Shown one piece after another: positions 11,706-22,249 of a stretch of DNA of 64,000 nucleotides. This DNA comes from Lepidodermella squamata (Eukaryota; Animalia; Gastrotricha): contig JBLDXI010000009.1 in the NCBI GenBank assembly GCA_047495785.1, positions 4,836,001-4,900,000 on the forward strand, given 5' to 3'. Position 1 is the first letter of the stretch, and every line of letters starts with the position of its first letter. Both the position numbers and the translations under genes were made by a program. Under the pieces are notes generated by a model that was not told where the DNA came from, searched no databases, and saw only the letters and a program-made list of their open reading frames with translations.

Positions 11706-12416
11706 TCCTTTGGCACTGCAACTTGTTATTTCTTAGAAAGCTGGAATTATATAGTTTTCCGAAACAATAAAACTCTTGGCGGGTGTACCTACAGCGTTTT
11801 ATATATATTGATTATTCTAACCACTTCAAATAAATAATATGTTGATGGCATTTTCATTACGCCTAAGACGAGATAATATTTACTAAAACCCAATCACATA
11901 CACGACACTGACCTTTCCAGTAATTGCATTATTATATTGTCCACTTGCGATTTTGAGTGCATTCTGGTGATGGTCACTTCACCGGTTGAATCGGCACTTT
12001 TACGGAAATAACATTTCATGGTTTTATTCATGTTTTTCCTAGCTTGATTGAACGCGCCCTGTTTTTCAATTAGCAATCATCACGCATGACTCACTGCATT
12101 TTTTAAGAATTGCCGATTCTACTAATATCTCCATTTCTTTCGACAAGTATTCATTCTTCGCGATTTCTCGCTTGACTTTCTGTGCTACGCATTAGTTTCA
12201 AGTTGGAGCAGCATTCCACGCCAATTTTTCTCCTCCATACTAAAAACCTTTTTTGAGATTTCCCTTGAAATGAGGCTGCAGGGTGTAAAATTGGAGGCGA
12301 AACAGACCAAACGATATTTTGCTACGACATATTCCAGTCCCAATTCCCGATGAGATCGCCTTTGCTACCAAAATCCTACTGTTTTAAGTTTCAGCCATAT
12401 AGAATTATATAAAAAT

Positions 12417-12860
12417 ATGAATTTTCAGAAATTTTCAGTCTGGCTTTGCTACGCCATTGTGCTATGCTTGAGCGTTACATCAGCTTTCAGATCAACTATA
12501 GTTCATGGCTCGAAGAATCAAGGGCGATTTCGAAGCGGCCATATTTCGGGATTTCAGCTGTCTAAAATACCCCCGAATCAAGTTAACAATTTCAAGCATA
12601 GCAGCGAGGATCTTAAAATACCACCGCAATTCGTAGTCTGGCTACAGGAACAAACGAACCGAGCTTGTGCTCAGTGCTTTGGGCTGCAGGAGGTGCCATC
12701 GTCGACCTTAGCAGCAGTTTATCAGCAACTGCATTTTTTCAAAGCTCAAAACCTGCCTCAAGCCAAAGCTGTTGCTTGTTCAAAAATGGCGGCTGGAGCA
12801 AGGATAACATACCTGATCAAAGCTGGGTGCAACATACGTATAAACTTAACACCGCGTTAA
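12417..12860 (+). CDS. Array member 13 (PxFxxW subfamily)
   Basis: Signal; PQFVVWLQEQTNRACAQCFG...CSKMAAGARITYLIKAGC. Confidence 0.88.
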   Translation: MNFQKFSVWLCYAIVLCLSVTSAFRSTIVHGSKNQGRFRSGHISGFQLSKIPPNQVNNFKHSSEDLKIPPQFVVWLQEQTNRACAQCFGLQEVPSSTLAAVYQQLHFFKAQNLPQAKAVACSKMAAGARITYLIKAGCNIRINLTPR

Positions 12861-13741
12861 ATCCATGTTTAGAGTTAACTTTTTTGCGGCGAAGGTTTAA
12901 ATTTAGATCAATTAGTCAATAAATTTGAACGCGGTAAATGGCAGCGTATCAGTCAAATTCTTCATTGCTTGAAGAAACCCAAAACGACTACACTGAAATC
13001 AACTATGAGAGTAACTCAAAAACTCCGCCATTGCATTTGATTCAAAAAGAAAATCGATCCGACCTTAACTTCTATGCAAAATCGTCACTTTGAAGATGTT
13101 ATATTTATCCGGCATCTAACAGAATCTTCATTTGAGATAAATATCTGGTTTCAAATTTGAACATTTTCCTGAAATTAGCGAAACTCAATATTTCTGTTGA
13201 AGCTCACAAACATCGTGGATGCCTGGTCTCAATTAAAAACAGCTTCAACGCTCGAGGAAATCCACCGTCAACTTGTTTTCTGACCCATCAGAGTCCAAGT
13301 CTTTTTCATATATTAAATTTCCGAGTTTGAATGTTGCTCATAAATACATATAATTTCATATCGGTTGACCCAAAAGTAATGTACGTTGTAGTTCCTGATT
13401 ATTGGTTTGGGGTATTCAATCTTGAAACTTCACTGCTTTTGGGCTTTTTTAGGCTTATTCTTCTTGGATATTGGATATTCAATTTAGCTAGCTTCGAATT
13501 CCACGTGGATTGATGCTACCGCGTATGCTGGGAATTTCGCTAATCCCCAGCATTATTTAAATAATTTAGTACCTATTGAGTTCGAGTTATCGTCGATAAA
13601 AATAGTGAAGCATTATCTATCTTTACCCGCCCTTTTTGATTGTTTTCCCCCGTTGGCAGTAGCAACAGCGGCCGCATAGCGCGTAGGTGATACGTAACGC
13701 TAAAATAAATTCGTTTAAAATTAGACAACCCAGCAAGGAAA

Positions 13742-14187
13742 ATGATTTTCAACAAGCTTCTGCTGGTTCAGGCGATTCTATTACTAGCAGCACTGGACTG
13801 CAGTTGCGTCGAGTCTTCTACTTTTATCTCAACTCCCTTAGGTTCCAAGCACCGGTGGCTATCTCGAGGTAACGTGACACAATCAGACCTGGTAGCAACT
13901 GAATCGCAATCTAACCAAACTGCTTCAATCTCAGAGAATCCGTTGCAAGAAGAGAAGAAATCAAAATGGCTCCAATGTTTATGAAATGGATTCGAGAGCG
14001 AACGCGAAAGGCGTGTGCAAAATGCTTCGGTGTGGACGAAGTACCGCCTGCGATATTTGCGGCCATCTATCAGCACCTGCATTTCTTTAAGACTCAGCAT
14101 TTGCCCCAGGCAAAGGCATACAGCTGTGCGAACCTTCCCGTCGTAGCCCGCATCGCGTATCTCAGCCAGGCTGATTGTAAAATCTAA
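13742..14187 (+). pseudogene. Array member 14, frameshifted (pseudogene or homopolymer sequencing error)
   Basis: ORFs 13742-13984 and 13966-14187 together align with member 16; TC-A4-TG at 13961-13968 versus TC-A5-TG at 19228-19236. Confidence 0.75.
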
Positions 14188-14450
14188 CTATACATTGTTC
14201 AACAAGTTAGTGTTTCAACTGGAATTGTATGGAAAATAAAAAGTTTCCCGCGGACCCTAGGATCAGATTATTTCCGAAAGGTCCACCATGGTTTTCAAGC
14301 TTAAGCCGTCCTAAAAGCTCAAGTTATTATAGGCGAAGCGATCAAAAGCACGTCAAGTTATTGCTGTGTCTATGGTTTATAGTTTATAGATAGATTGTGT
14401 GAACGAATGTCCCGCAACCTCTAAGCCATGGAGAAGTAACATGAAACCCG

Positions 14451-14499
14451 CGAACTTTTATTTTCTTTTCTCGAACCATTTTAACTTAAAGCGTCGGAA
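14451..14499. repeat. MULE left terminal inverted repeat
   Basis: cgaacttttattttcttttctcgaaccattttaacttaaagcgtcggaa matches the reverse complement of 17182-17230 with 4 mismatches. Confidence 0.85.
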
Positions 14500-14640
14500 C
14501 CATCGGAATATTCAATTTTTATATTTTAAATAATAAGCATCGGAAAAGTCGCCTTTATATTTATTCTTATTTTCCGATGTGTTAAGACATTATGTTCGAT
14601 CAAATAAGTAACTTTCAAAGAGTCGCAAATTAAGACTTAA

Positions 14641-16997
14641 TTAAGAACGTCCCCGCCCCCGTCGGCGACCCGCGCCACGGCCGCGAGCAACCGCCGGAGC
14701 AACCAGCTCTTCTGGAAGCTCCACCCCGCGTCCACGACCGCGACCTCGGCTTCGTGTCATCGCTGCTGTAGCGGCAATCGGAGCATCTTCAACTGCCAGC
14801 AAATCAACTGATCCCTGTCCTCGTCCTGATCCACGGCCTCGGGGCCGCCCGCGACCTCTTCCTCGAACAACAGCGGGTAGTTGCTCCACTGTGGTGGCTT
14901 GTCCTCGACCACGTCCACGGCCGCGACCTCGTGCTCTAGAGCCTCGACCAATCGGTTCGGTTTCAGGAGGACCAGCAGGAAAAGTGGCTTCAGTAGCTGT
15001 TTCAGGAGCCATGCCAACCTGCTTAGCGAATTCCAGCGCACGACCGTGGCGAGGCGGCCTACCCCGAGGGTTACCGCGCAGCACCAGCGGAATCGACTGA
15101 AGATGTTTATCAATCGGTTTCGAATCCAGCTTGTGACCGAGAGCTACAACATGCTCGCACGGAATTTTCTTGGAACCTAAGCGGCACGTACAGCTGATAA
15201 GATTTGGCTCGGCAGTGATCAGTGAACAGAAGTCAATCGAACATTCAAATTGGGCCAAACTCGTCCACAAGGCTGTCGTTCGCGCTTCAGAAACAACACT
15301 GTTGACCTGCCAGCCAGGTTTCATAACGAGCCATGATGAGGGACCGACTTCTTCGAAGCACTGAGTGAAACGTAAAAACAGCTGGTAACCTTCTTTTTTA
15401 AGGCGGTCCGTTATCGCGGCTGACGTTGCGAACGGTTCTGAATTAACAACCCAACTCGAAATGACGTTGTCGGTTTTTGCCAAGAATGCGGTCAGGGCGT
15501 GAATCAATCGATGAGTCTGCTCGTTTTTGGTAACGTTGTTGAGGGATTCGTTGCCGTTATTAGTGCAGCAAAACTCTGAAGCCCCCTCGAACCAGTTAGC
15601 AAGAGGCCCGAAAATGTATATTGGCTCGAAATAAGCGACGAACTCAGCATAAACATCGGCGTGATCGCTGGCCGCCATCTCATCCTTGGCAAGCTGCCAC
15701 AACAGCAAAAACTAAAAATGAAAATTTTTTAATTTCGGAATATCTTAACACCGTCGGAATTACCTCAGGGCGTGACAATGCGAGCTGAACGAGCGTTAGT
15801 AGGTCGTGCACCTTGTACCACAATTTGATCCGACTCTCTGTAAACAAAGGTAAAATTGTCTTACGACCGTCGGAAAGAGGCAAATTACTTACGCCCAAAC
15901 CATTTCCGCGCGTTGAACTTCACATGAAAATAGCACATCAATCGTAGCACTGCTCCCTTGCCAAAGATTGTTTCGATTGCAGTAGTAATATAGCCCGCGC
16001 CATCTGCCATTACCGCCATCGGAAGATAAAGGGGCATAAACTTTCTCAAACTACGAAAAATGACCTCGTATGCTCTGCCGTTTTCGTTGCTCGCAACTCC
16101 GAGTAAAATGGGGTGAAACTTGCGGTTTTTGTCACTTGAGCCGCCAATAAAGACCTTGTGGCCACCCTGGATTACCTTGTGCGTGGCATCGATTTGGAAA
16201 CTTCTAGCGACGGCCAGAAGATTAAGGAGGAACGTGCAGCTAATGACAACTGCCCAGAACGGTTTCCTATCCTTGTTAGCCAGCGATTCCTCGACTTCGT
16301 AGTGGACGACATAAGGTTGTTTGTCATCGACAGGCTTCTGAGTTCGTGATTCGCACCAGGCACGAAGCTCGGCTGTTCCGAAAGAGCTTGAAAGCGCGTC
16401 AGGACCAACAGTTGCCATTCGATGTTTTCTCTTCAACTGTTGCTTCAAATTGGCGACTTGCCTCGTTGTCAGCTTTGGATTGTCTTTGATGAGCCGCTCC
16501 CTGATGTACTTGGGTGGATCATTGATATGATCCAGCACATATCGCCTCACCTCGGCTGTTAACACGCGTGTCGAATTGGTTGGATGCACATGAGCGCCGC
16601 CACACGAAAACACGGCTTGGTCAGGAGACCATTTGAGTACACCCCGATGGGGGCAATCCTTTGAGCCAGACTTCCGATGCTTACAGACGTAATAGCATGT
16701 TTGCTTGTTGAAACCGCTCTTCGTAGTGTCAATCCAGAGAATGCTGTAGTTCCGCTTGACAAAGTCCTTGGCTTCATGGAATGTAATGCCGAATGGCAAA
16801 GTTTCGAACAAATCAAACTCAAATTCATCTGTCGGCTTCGGGTCGGCAATAAAGTCATTTTCATCGTCAACCAGAGCAGGGTCATCTTCATCCCAGTCCT
16901 GATCTTGATTCTCGACCGACTGCCCATCGATAGCCTCGTCGGAGTCCTCAAATTCCTCTACACTTCCGTCAGATTCGTACAATTTCAAAAAATTCAT
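14641..16997 (-). CDS. MULE transposase, 3 exons (16997-15893, 15837-15764, 15711-14641), ~749 aa
   Basis: N-terminal C-C-H-H (WRKY/FLYWCH-like) finger; FQIDATHK, VMADGA, MCYFH (CxxH), TNNGNESLN (catalytic E); SWIM finger CTC...CEH; RGRG/GRP AT-hook-like tail; two GT-AG introns join the ORFs in frame. Confidence 0.9.
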
Positions 16998-17181
16998 GTT
17001 TCGAATGATGAAAAATGGGAGAATAAATTAATGTTTAATAAATCGTTCATTGCTGCTTCAATTTAGCGCGAATTCCGACGGTTTAAGGTAGTGTTACGAT
17101 ACATTAGTCGCGTGTTCCGATGAAATAAATCAAAACAAGTCATTCCGATGGTTTAATTTACTTTCCTTGCGATTTTTGTAT

Positions 17182-17230
17182 TTCCGACGCTTTAAGTCAA
17201 AATGGTACGCGAAAAGAAAATAAAGGTTCG
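17182..17230. repeat. MULE right terminal inverted repeat
   Basis: Reverse complement of 14451-14499 (45/49). Confidence 0.85.
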
Positions 17231-17629
17231 ATGACATTAGCTGAGTCCGCCATGGACATGCGGAATTTTTACTGCTCAAATTGTGTTGCTGACACCCGTG
17301 ACAGAATAGATTAACATCTTAAATTTGTCACTTTTCAAGCTTCATTCCCTTTGAGTAGGAAGCATGGACAGGCATGCTATGCATATCATGAGCAATACCG
17401 TGACCTGATGCATAAATTTGAAGTCTATTCTGAGAGAAATTGATTGAGTAAATTGATCAAGACACAGCCCAACAAGTGCTATAAATTAGCTGCACAAACT
17501 TGTTTAATACTTTGAACATGCAGACATTCAGCATTTAAGTCGCTCCTTTTCGACTATTTAAGCGACCTAACCACAAGCGACACAGAGTTTACAGCAGCAT
17601 AAATACAAAATTTTCAGTCACATAAGACA

Positions 17630-17995
17630 ATGCTGGTGGCACTTGTTACGTTTTTATCGTTTTGCTTGGCTTTAACGGAAGCTGAGCCACAACCACATGT
17701 TACTCCCAATCCAATCCAGTCAAGCGAAATTTCTCGCTCAGAAATACGGAATGGTCTTTCGTTTTTAAACATTTTTGCGTCGATTTTCGACTCGTCAACT
17801 AAAGAAGCCTGCGCGAGATGTTTCGGCGTCGATTGGCCGGCTACGGAGTTGATTCTGAAACAGCAACGTCTCTTCACTGGGTCGAACGACAGGAAAATCA
17901 TGCGAGCGGCTAATTGTATACGGCTGAGTGTCCTGGAACGTATGGCTTTTCTCGTCAAGAAAGGATGCCAGATTCCTGCGGCGATGAAATATTGA
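17630..17995 (+). CDS. Array member 15 (4-Cys, FDSSTKEAC subfamily)
   Basis: Signal; TKEACARCFG...CIRLSVLERMAFLVKKGC; AATAAA ~18048. Confidence 0.88.
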   Translation: MLVALVTFLSFCLALTEAEPQPHVTPNPIQSSEISRSEIRNGLSFLNIFASIFDSSTKEACARCFGVDWPATELILKQQRLFTGSNDRKIMRAANCIRLSVLERMAFLVKKGCQIPAAMKY

Positions 17996-19023
17996 CCTAG
18001 TGTGGTAAAACTTGATTAACGGTTAAAACGTCAAATTCGTTACCGGTGAATAAAATCTAGCACTTGTGCGTGAAAGGCTTTTTTGCTTAATAATTCCAAT
18101 TTCTCATATTCTTGAGCTAGCGGTGACCTTATTTCCAAAATTTTAGCTCGCGAAGTCAATTTGAAGCTTACACTGGGAAGATTCTGTGCGATAATCAAGA
18201 TAATCAAGATCCGTCACTTCCTTGATGAACTTGATGCGATTTTGATGGGTTTTCAAGGATCTATGAATTTTCACAAGTAAGTCAGTTCGATCATCATTGA
18301 TTGCGCATTTCTACCTGTGGCATTCTGTGATTCGTGAATCAATGTTAAGAGTTTATAGACTTCCAGACCCTCTTTCAGCGTGCTTTCTCCGGATGAGCCA
18401 CTCAGGGTTCCAGCAATACAGCTGTACTGTTCGCAACATTATACCCGCTGAATATCTAAATCTCATTTTTTAGCATTGATTAAGTAAACTTTGATATGCA
18501 GGGCCGATGTTCTAAAAGATCACCGTTTATCTTTTATCATAGTAATACCTCTTTTTTAGTATTCTATCCCAATTATAACAAAATGGCAAGTTAAGATTCG
18601 ATATTGAACTCATTGAACTCATTGTTTTTTTTTTAATTATTAGGGCAACGTGTTTTATCAACGTACAGACAGCGTCGAGTCAATGGCACGACCCGCGTTA
18701 ATTAAATTCGGTTCCAACGATTTCAATAACGATACAACATCGATACCTGACGAGGTTCAAGCTAATTTTAATATCTATATCAAAGTCGAATAAATATGTT
18801 TCCCCCATATGTTTGCAGGCGTACATTGCGTGAATCATGGTAGAAAGCTCACCCCTCAACATTGCTTTAATAATTCATTGCAAATTTCACTGGTGCAAAT
18901 AGCCACACAATCTATCTCCACCTGCAGTGTTTTCTCCCCTCGAAGTAGTAACAGTAGGCGTAAGAGCACCTGGGAGGAGCATAACATTGAAAATCAGTTT
19001 ACAATTTGGATTTTCCAAGAAAA

Positions 19024-19455
19024 ATGACATTTTTCAACATGTTCGTGATGGCGGTTAGTCTCTCAATCATTGGGCTGGCCTGCTGCAGCGCAGGACCTTC
19101 AGATGCTGGCTTAACTCCGTTAAGTTCGAAGCACAGGTGGCAGCCTAGAACCGAGATCTCAAAATCTAACCTGCTACCAAGCCAAACTACCCCGAAATCA
19201 GAAAAGTCTTTGCAAGCCGTAAAGAAGTCAAAAATGCATCCGATTTTCTTCAAGTGGATTCAGGAGCGAACGCAGAAAGCTTGTGCCATATGCTTCGGCG
19301 TGGAAGAGGTACCGCCTGCGATATTTGCAGCAATCTTCCAGCAACTTCATTTCTTCAAGGCTCATCATTTGCCGCAGGCTAGGGCTTACAGCTGCGCGAA
19401 TCTGCCTTTCGTTGCTCGAATGGCTTATCTCAACGAAGCCGGCTGCCGCATCTAA
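19024..19455 (+). CDS. Array member 16 (PxFxxW subfamily), intact paralog of member 14
   Basis: ATG 19024; PIFFKWIQERTQKACAICFG...CANLPFVARMAYLNEAGC; AATAAA 19505. Confidence 0.88.
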   Translation: MTFFNMFVMAVSLSIIGLACCSAGPSDAGLTPLSSKHRWQPRTEISKSNLLPSQTTPKSEKSLQAVKKSKMHPIFFKWIQERTQKACAICFGVEEVPPAIFAAIFQQLHFFKAHHLPQARAYSCANLPFVARMAYLNEAGCRI

Positions 19456-20598
19456 CTATTACCCTTGTTAGAATTTAGATCGAATGTATGATTTTTCAAG
19501 TTTCAATAAAACACTGTAGACACCGTCAAAAAAGCGAGATTGAAAAGAATTTTCTCAAAATAGCGTCCTGAAGCTTACAGTTATGCGCTCATTTCAATCA
19601 AGGTGGTTGATACATCAATAATTACTGATCGGAATAATTATTTGTGGCGTCCTTAATGTAATCTTTCGATATAAAGGCTAAGATTTTTTGAACGGAATGG
19701 CTAAAATGTTGTCCGATATAAATTTCGGCAATAATCACGTTTCGGCGAGATGATACGTGTAATTTCGAGTCACATGGATCATCTAATTTGTCGATTTAAA
19801 ATTATTTCATGATTTGCAAAGATCGTGATGAATATGTGGTTAGCTAATTCAGATACCGAGAACATTTGTGAGTAATAAGTAATGAGAAGTAATAATCTGC
19901 TCCAGTGCGACTTTGGGGATCACCCTAGGTGAACCCAGTTAAACGGGCCAGACAAGAAAATTAGAATTTATCCCACTGTATCGTTAATTTTGAGAGGTTT
20001 TCGAGCGTGTTTTAGTAGAAAACCTGCAACACGTTCTTGCTTCGCTCGTTTTTAAGTTGAAACGAGTAGACATTTTGGCAAAAGCAACAAAATTTGTTTC
20101 TATCCCTGGCAGCTCCGGGATTCAAGATCGCTCATCGATTTCTTCAGATTTCATTCGCAAAAGGTTTGATTAAACCTCAATGAACTTGCTTCGATGTATA
20201 ACAATGAGCAGCTCGATAACGATAATATAAATGCGAGATACATCTTTTGAAATCACAGAGATTTCTTCTGATAAGAAAGAAGGTAAGACTGGAAGCTGGC
20301 TAACAAAAGGTTCACTGTACCTATATGCGTTCACTTTTCAAGGTTTCACTGGCTTCAATTAGAGTAGAAATGATTTCACTCCCTCGGACTTGGGGCAGAC
20401 ATCACTCGGTACTCTGTGACCTATAGGAACTTCAAGACTTGAGCATGAAAGTCAAATTTATTTCAGAGATAATTGATTGAGTTAATCAAGATGAGCCTGG
20501 GGACTAAAATTAGCTTCATTAATCGGATAAATACATGAAATACGTACGATGCACTTTCGAAGCCAGACTTGTATCTTTTCCTCACAGCGAAAAAAATT

Positions 20599-20964
20599 AT
20601 GTTAGCAGCACTCATTACTCTTTTATCGTTAAACTTTGCCTTAGCTTCTGCTGACCTACACCAAAATTATGTTGCTACAAATTTCCAAGCTAACGAAATA
20701 TCTCGATCAAACAAATTGAGTAGTCAACCATTTTTAAGCATTTTTGCTTCGATTTTCGACTCGTCAACTAAAGAAGCTTGTGCAAAATGTTTCGGCGTCG
20801 ATTGGCCGGCTACGGAGTTGATTCTGAAACAGCACCGCCTCTTCACTGGGTCCAACGATAGGAAAATCATGCGCGCGGCTAATTGTGTACGGCTGAGTGT
20901 CCTGGAACGCATGGCTTTTCTCGTCAAAAGTGGATGTCAGTTTAATACAGCGATGAAAAACTGA
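20599..20964 (+). CDS. Array member 17, paralog of member 15
   Basis: ATG 20599 gives signal MLAALITLLSLNFALASA; core nearly identical to member 15; AATAAA ~21008. Confidence 0.88.
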   Translation: MLAALITLLSLNFALASADLHQNYVATNFQANEISRSNKLSSQPFLSIFASIFDSSTKEACAKCFGVDWPATELILKQHRLFTGSNDRKIMRAANCVRLSVLERMAFLVKSGCQFNTAMKN

Positions 20965-22249
20965 CCAAACAAATGTATATTTTTTGTTATGTGCCGCGTT
21001 ATCAGTGAATAAAAATGTGTAAATAACAACAATGTTATATTTTGGGTAAACATCAGTTCTTGAGCCAGAGGTGAAAATCGACCACATTTTTACACATTAA
21101 TGAGCCCGAATATTATATAAATTTCTGAGACATGATGTCTCGTAAATATCAACAATGCTTGCACTCATTACGCGTAAATTGCTATCAGATTTGTTCACGG
21201 GCTTGAATGAAGCATGTAGCAAATCAGATTAAGACGCGTCTTGTTTCGGCATGCATTGAGCGTATCTTGCTAGTCGTTAATTTCAGATTTTCGTGTGGAG
21301 TAGTAATAACAGGCGGCATTTTTCAACTTTGCTAGTTAACCAATTCACCTCAAAAACGGGTCATAATCAATGCACTGAGTATTGAGTCGCGGTCTGTCAG
21401 TCTCAAATGAAGAAGTTATCAGCTCATCTCACCGCATGACATCCCTCCCCATGCAGGAATCATGTGAAGTTATACTCGAGGCAGAATTCGCTGTATTCGA
21501 TCTATATCATAAACTTTGATACAGGCGATGATATAGATATATTTTCATTTTCAAGAACTAAGAATCATTGAGGCATTAGGTTGCTCCAAAATTAAGTATT
21601 CCTCGATATTTTTGCTTTAATTTCAACAAGTGCCATGAATTAATTGAAAATCAAATTTTTCCTTTCATTGTCAACAATTTCCGAAGTCAAAGACGATCTA
21701 AAACCCCGGTTATATCGGTATTTTTGCGCTTAGAATGATTGGATTTCACAAAATCTCAATTTTCTCAGTTCATTTGAATTCGAAAAAGAGATATAGTGAA
21801 AGTTGTTTGAAACGGACCATTTTAAATGGCGCGACCTCAGTCCGTTAAAGACAACTTTCCCTACATGTAATCCGAAAAAGCCCGTCCTTGATAGGTCTTA
21901 AGGTAGCTTTCAATCTTTCTAATTCAGTGGGCAAAATTCAATATTTTGAGCATTATCCATTGTCAGAAATTCAAATCCTTAATTTCCTGCTCTTATCGAG
22001 AAACTTTCAAAAATATTTAAAAAAAATCAGAAGGCACCGTGACTTCATCAGTTATTAGCTGAAAATTCCACATTTAATTAGCAAACTCCTCATATTTACT
22101 CAATGAACTCTTCACTTTTAAATTGTCTTCTTGGCGATGAGCATTCTGTGATTCTGAGATGGCTGTGAATTCGGCCTTTGATTGATACTGAATAGATACT
22201 AAGCACTCCATTTTCACTCACGAAGTCCGCCAGTAGTATCGCCATACCA

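Larger units (their letters stand above)
14451..17230 (-). mobile_element. Mutator-like (MULE) DNA transposon, apparently autonomous
   Basis: 49-bp imperfect inverted repeats (45/49) at 14451-14499 and 17182-17230 flank a MULE transposase; no target-site duplication found. Confidence 0.88.

Noticed and set aside
14430-17250. Target-site duplication for the MULE
   Set aside because: Flanks (tgaaacccg versus atgacatta) do not match, so no TSD is claimed
4393-20964. Array proteins as saposin-like/NK-lysin family
   Set aside because: Share an early CxxC and helical character, but lack the 6-Cys saposin pattern and C-terminal C-x5-C spacing; only structure comparison could revive this
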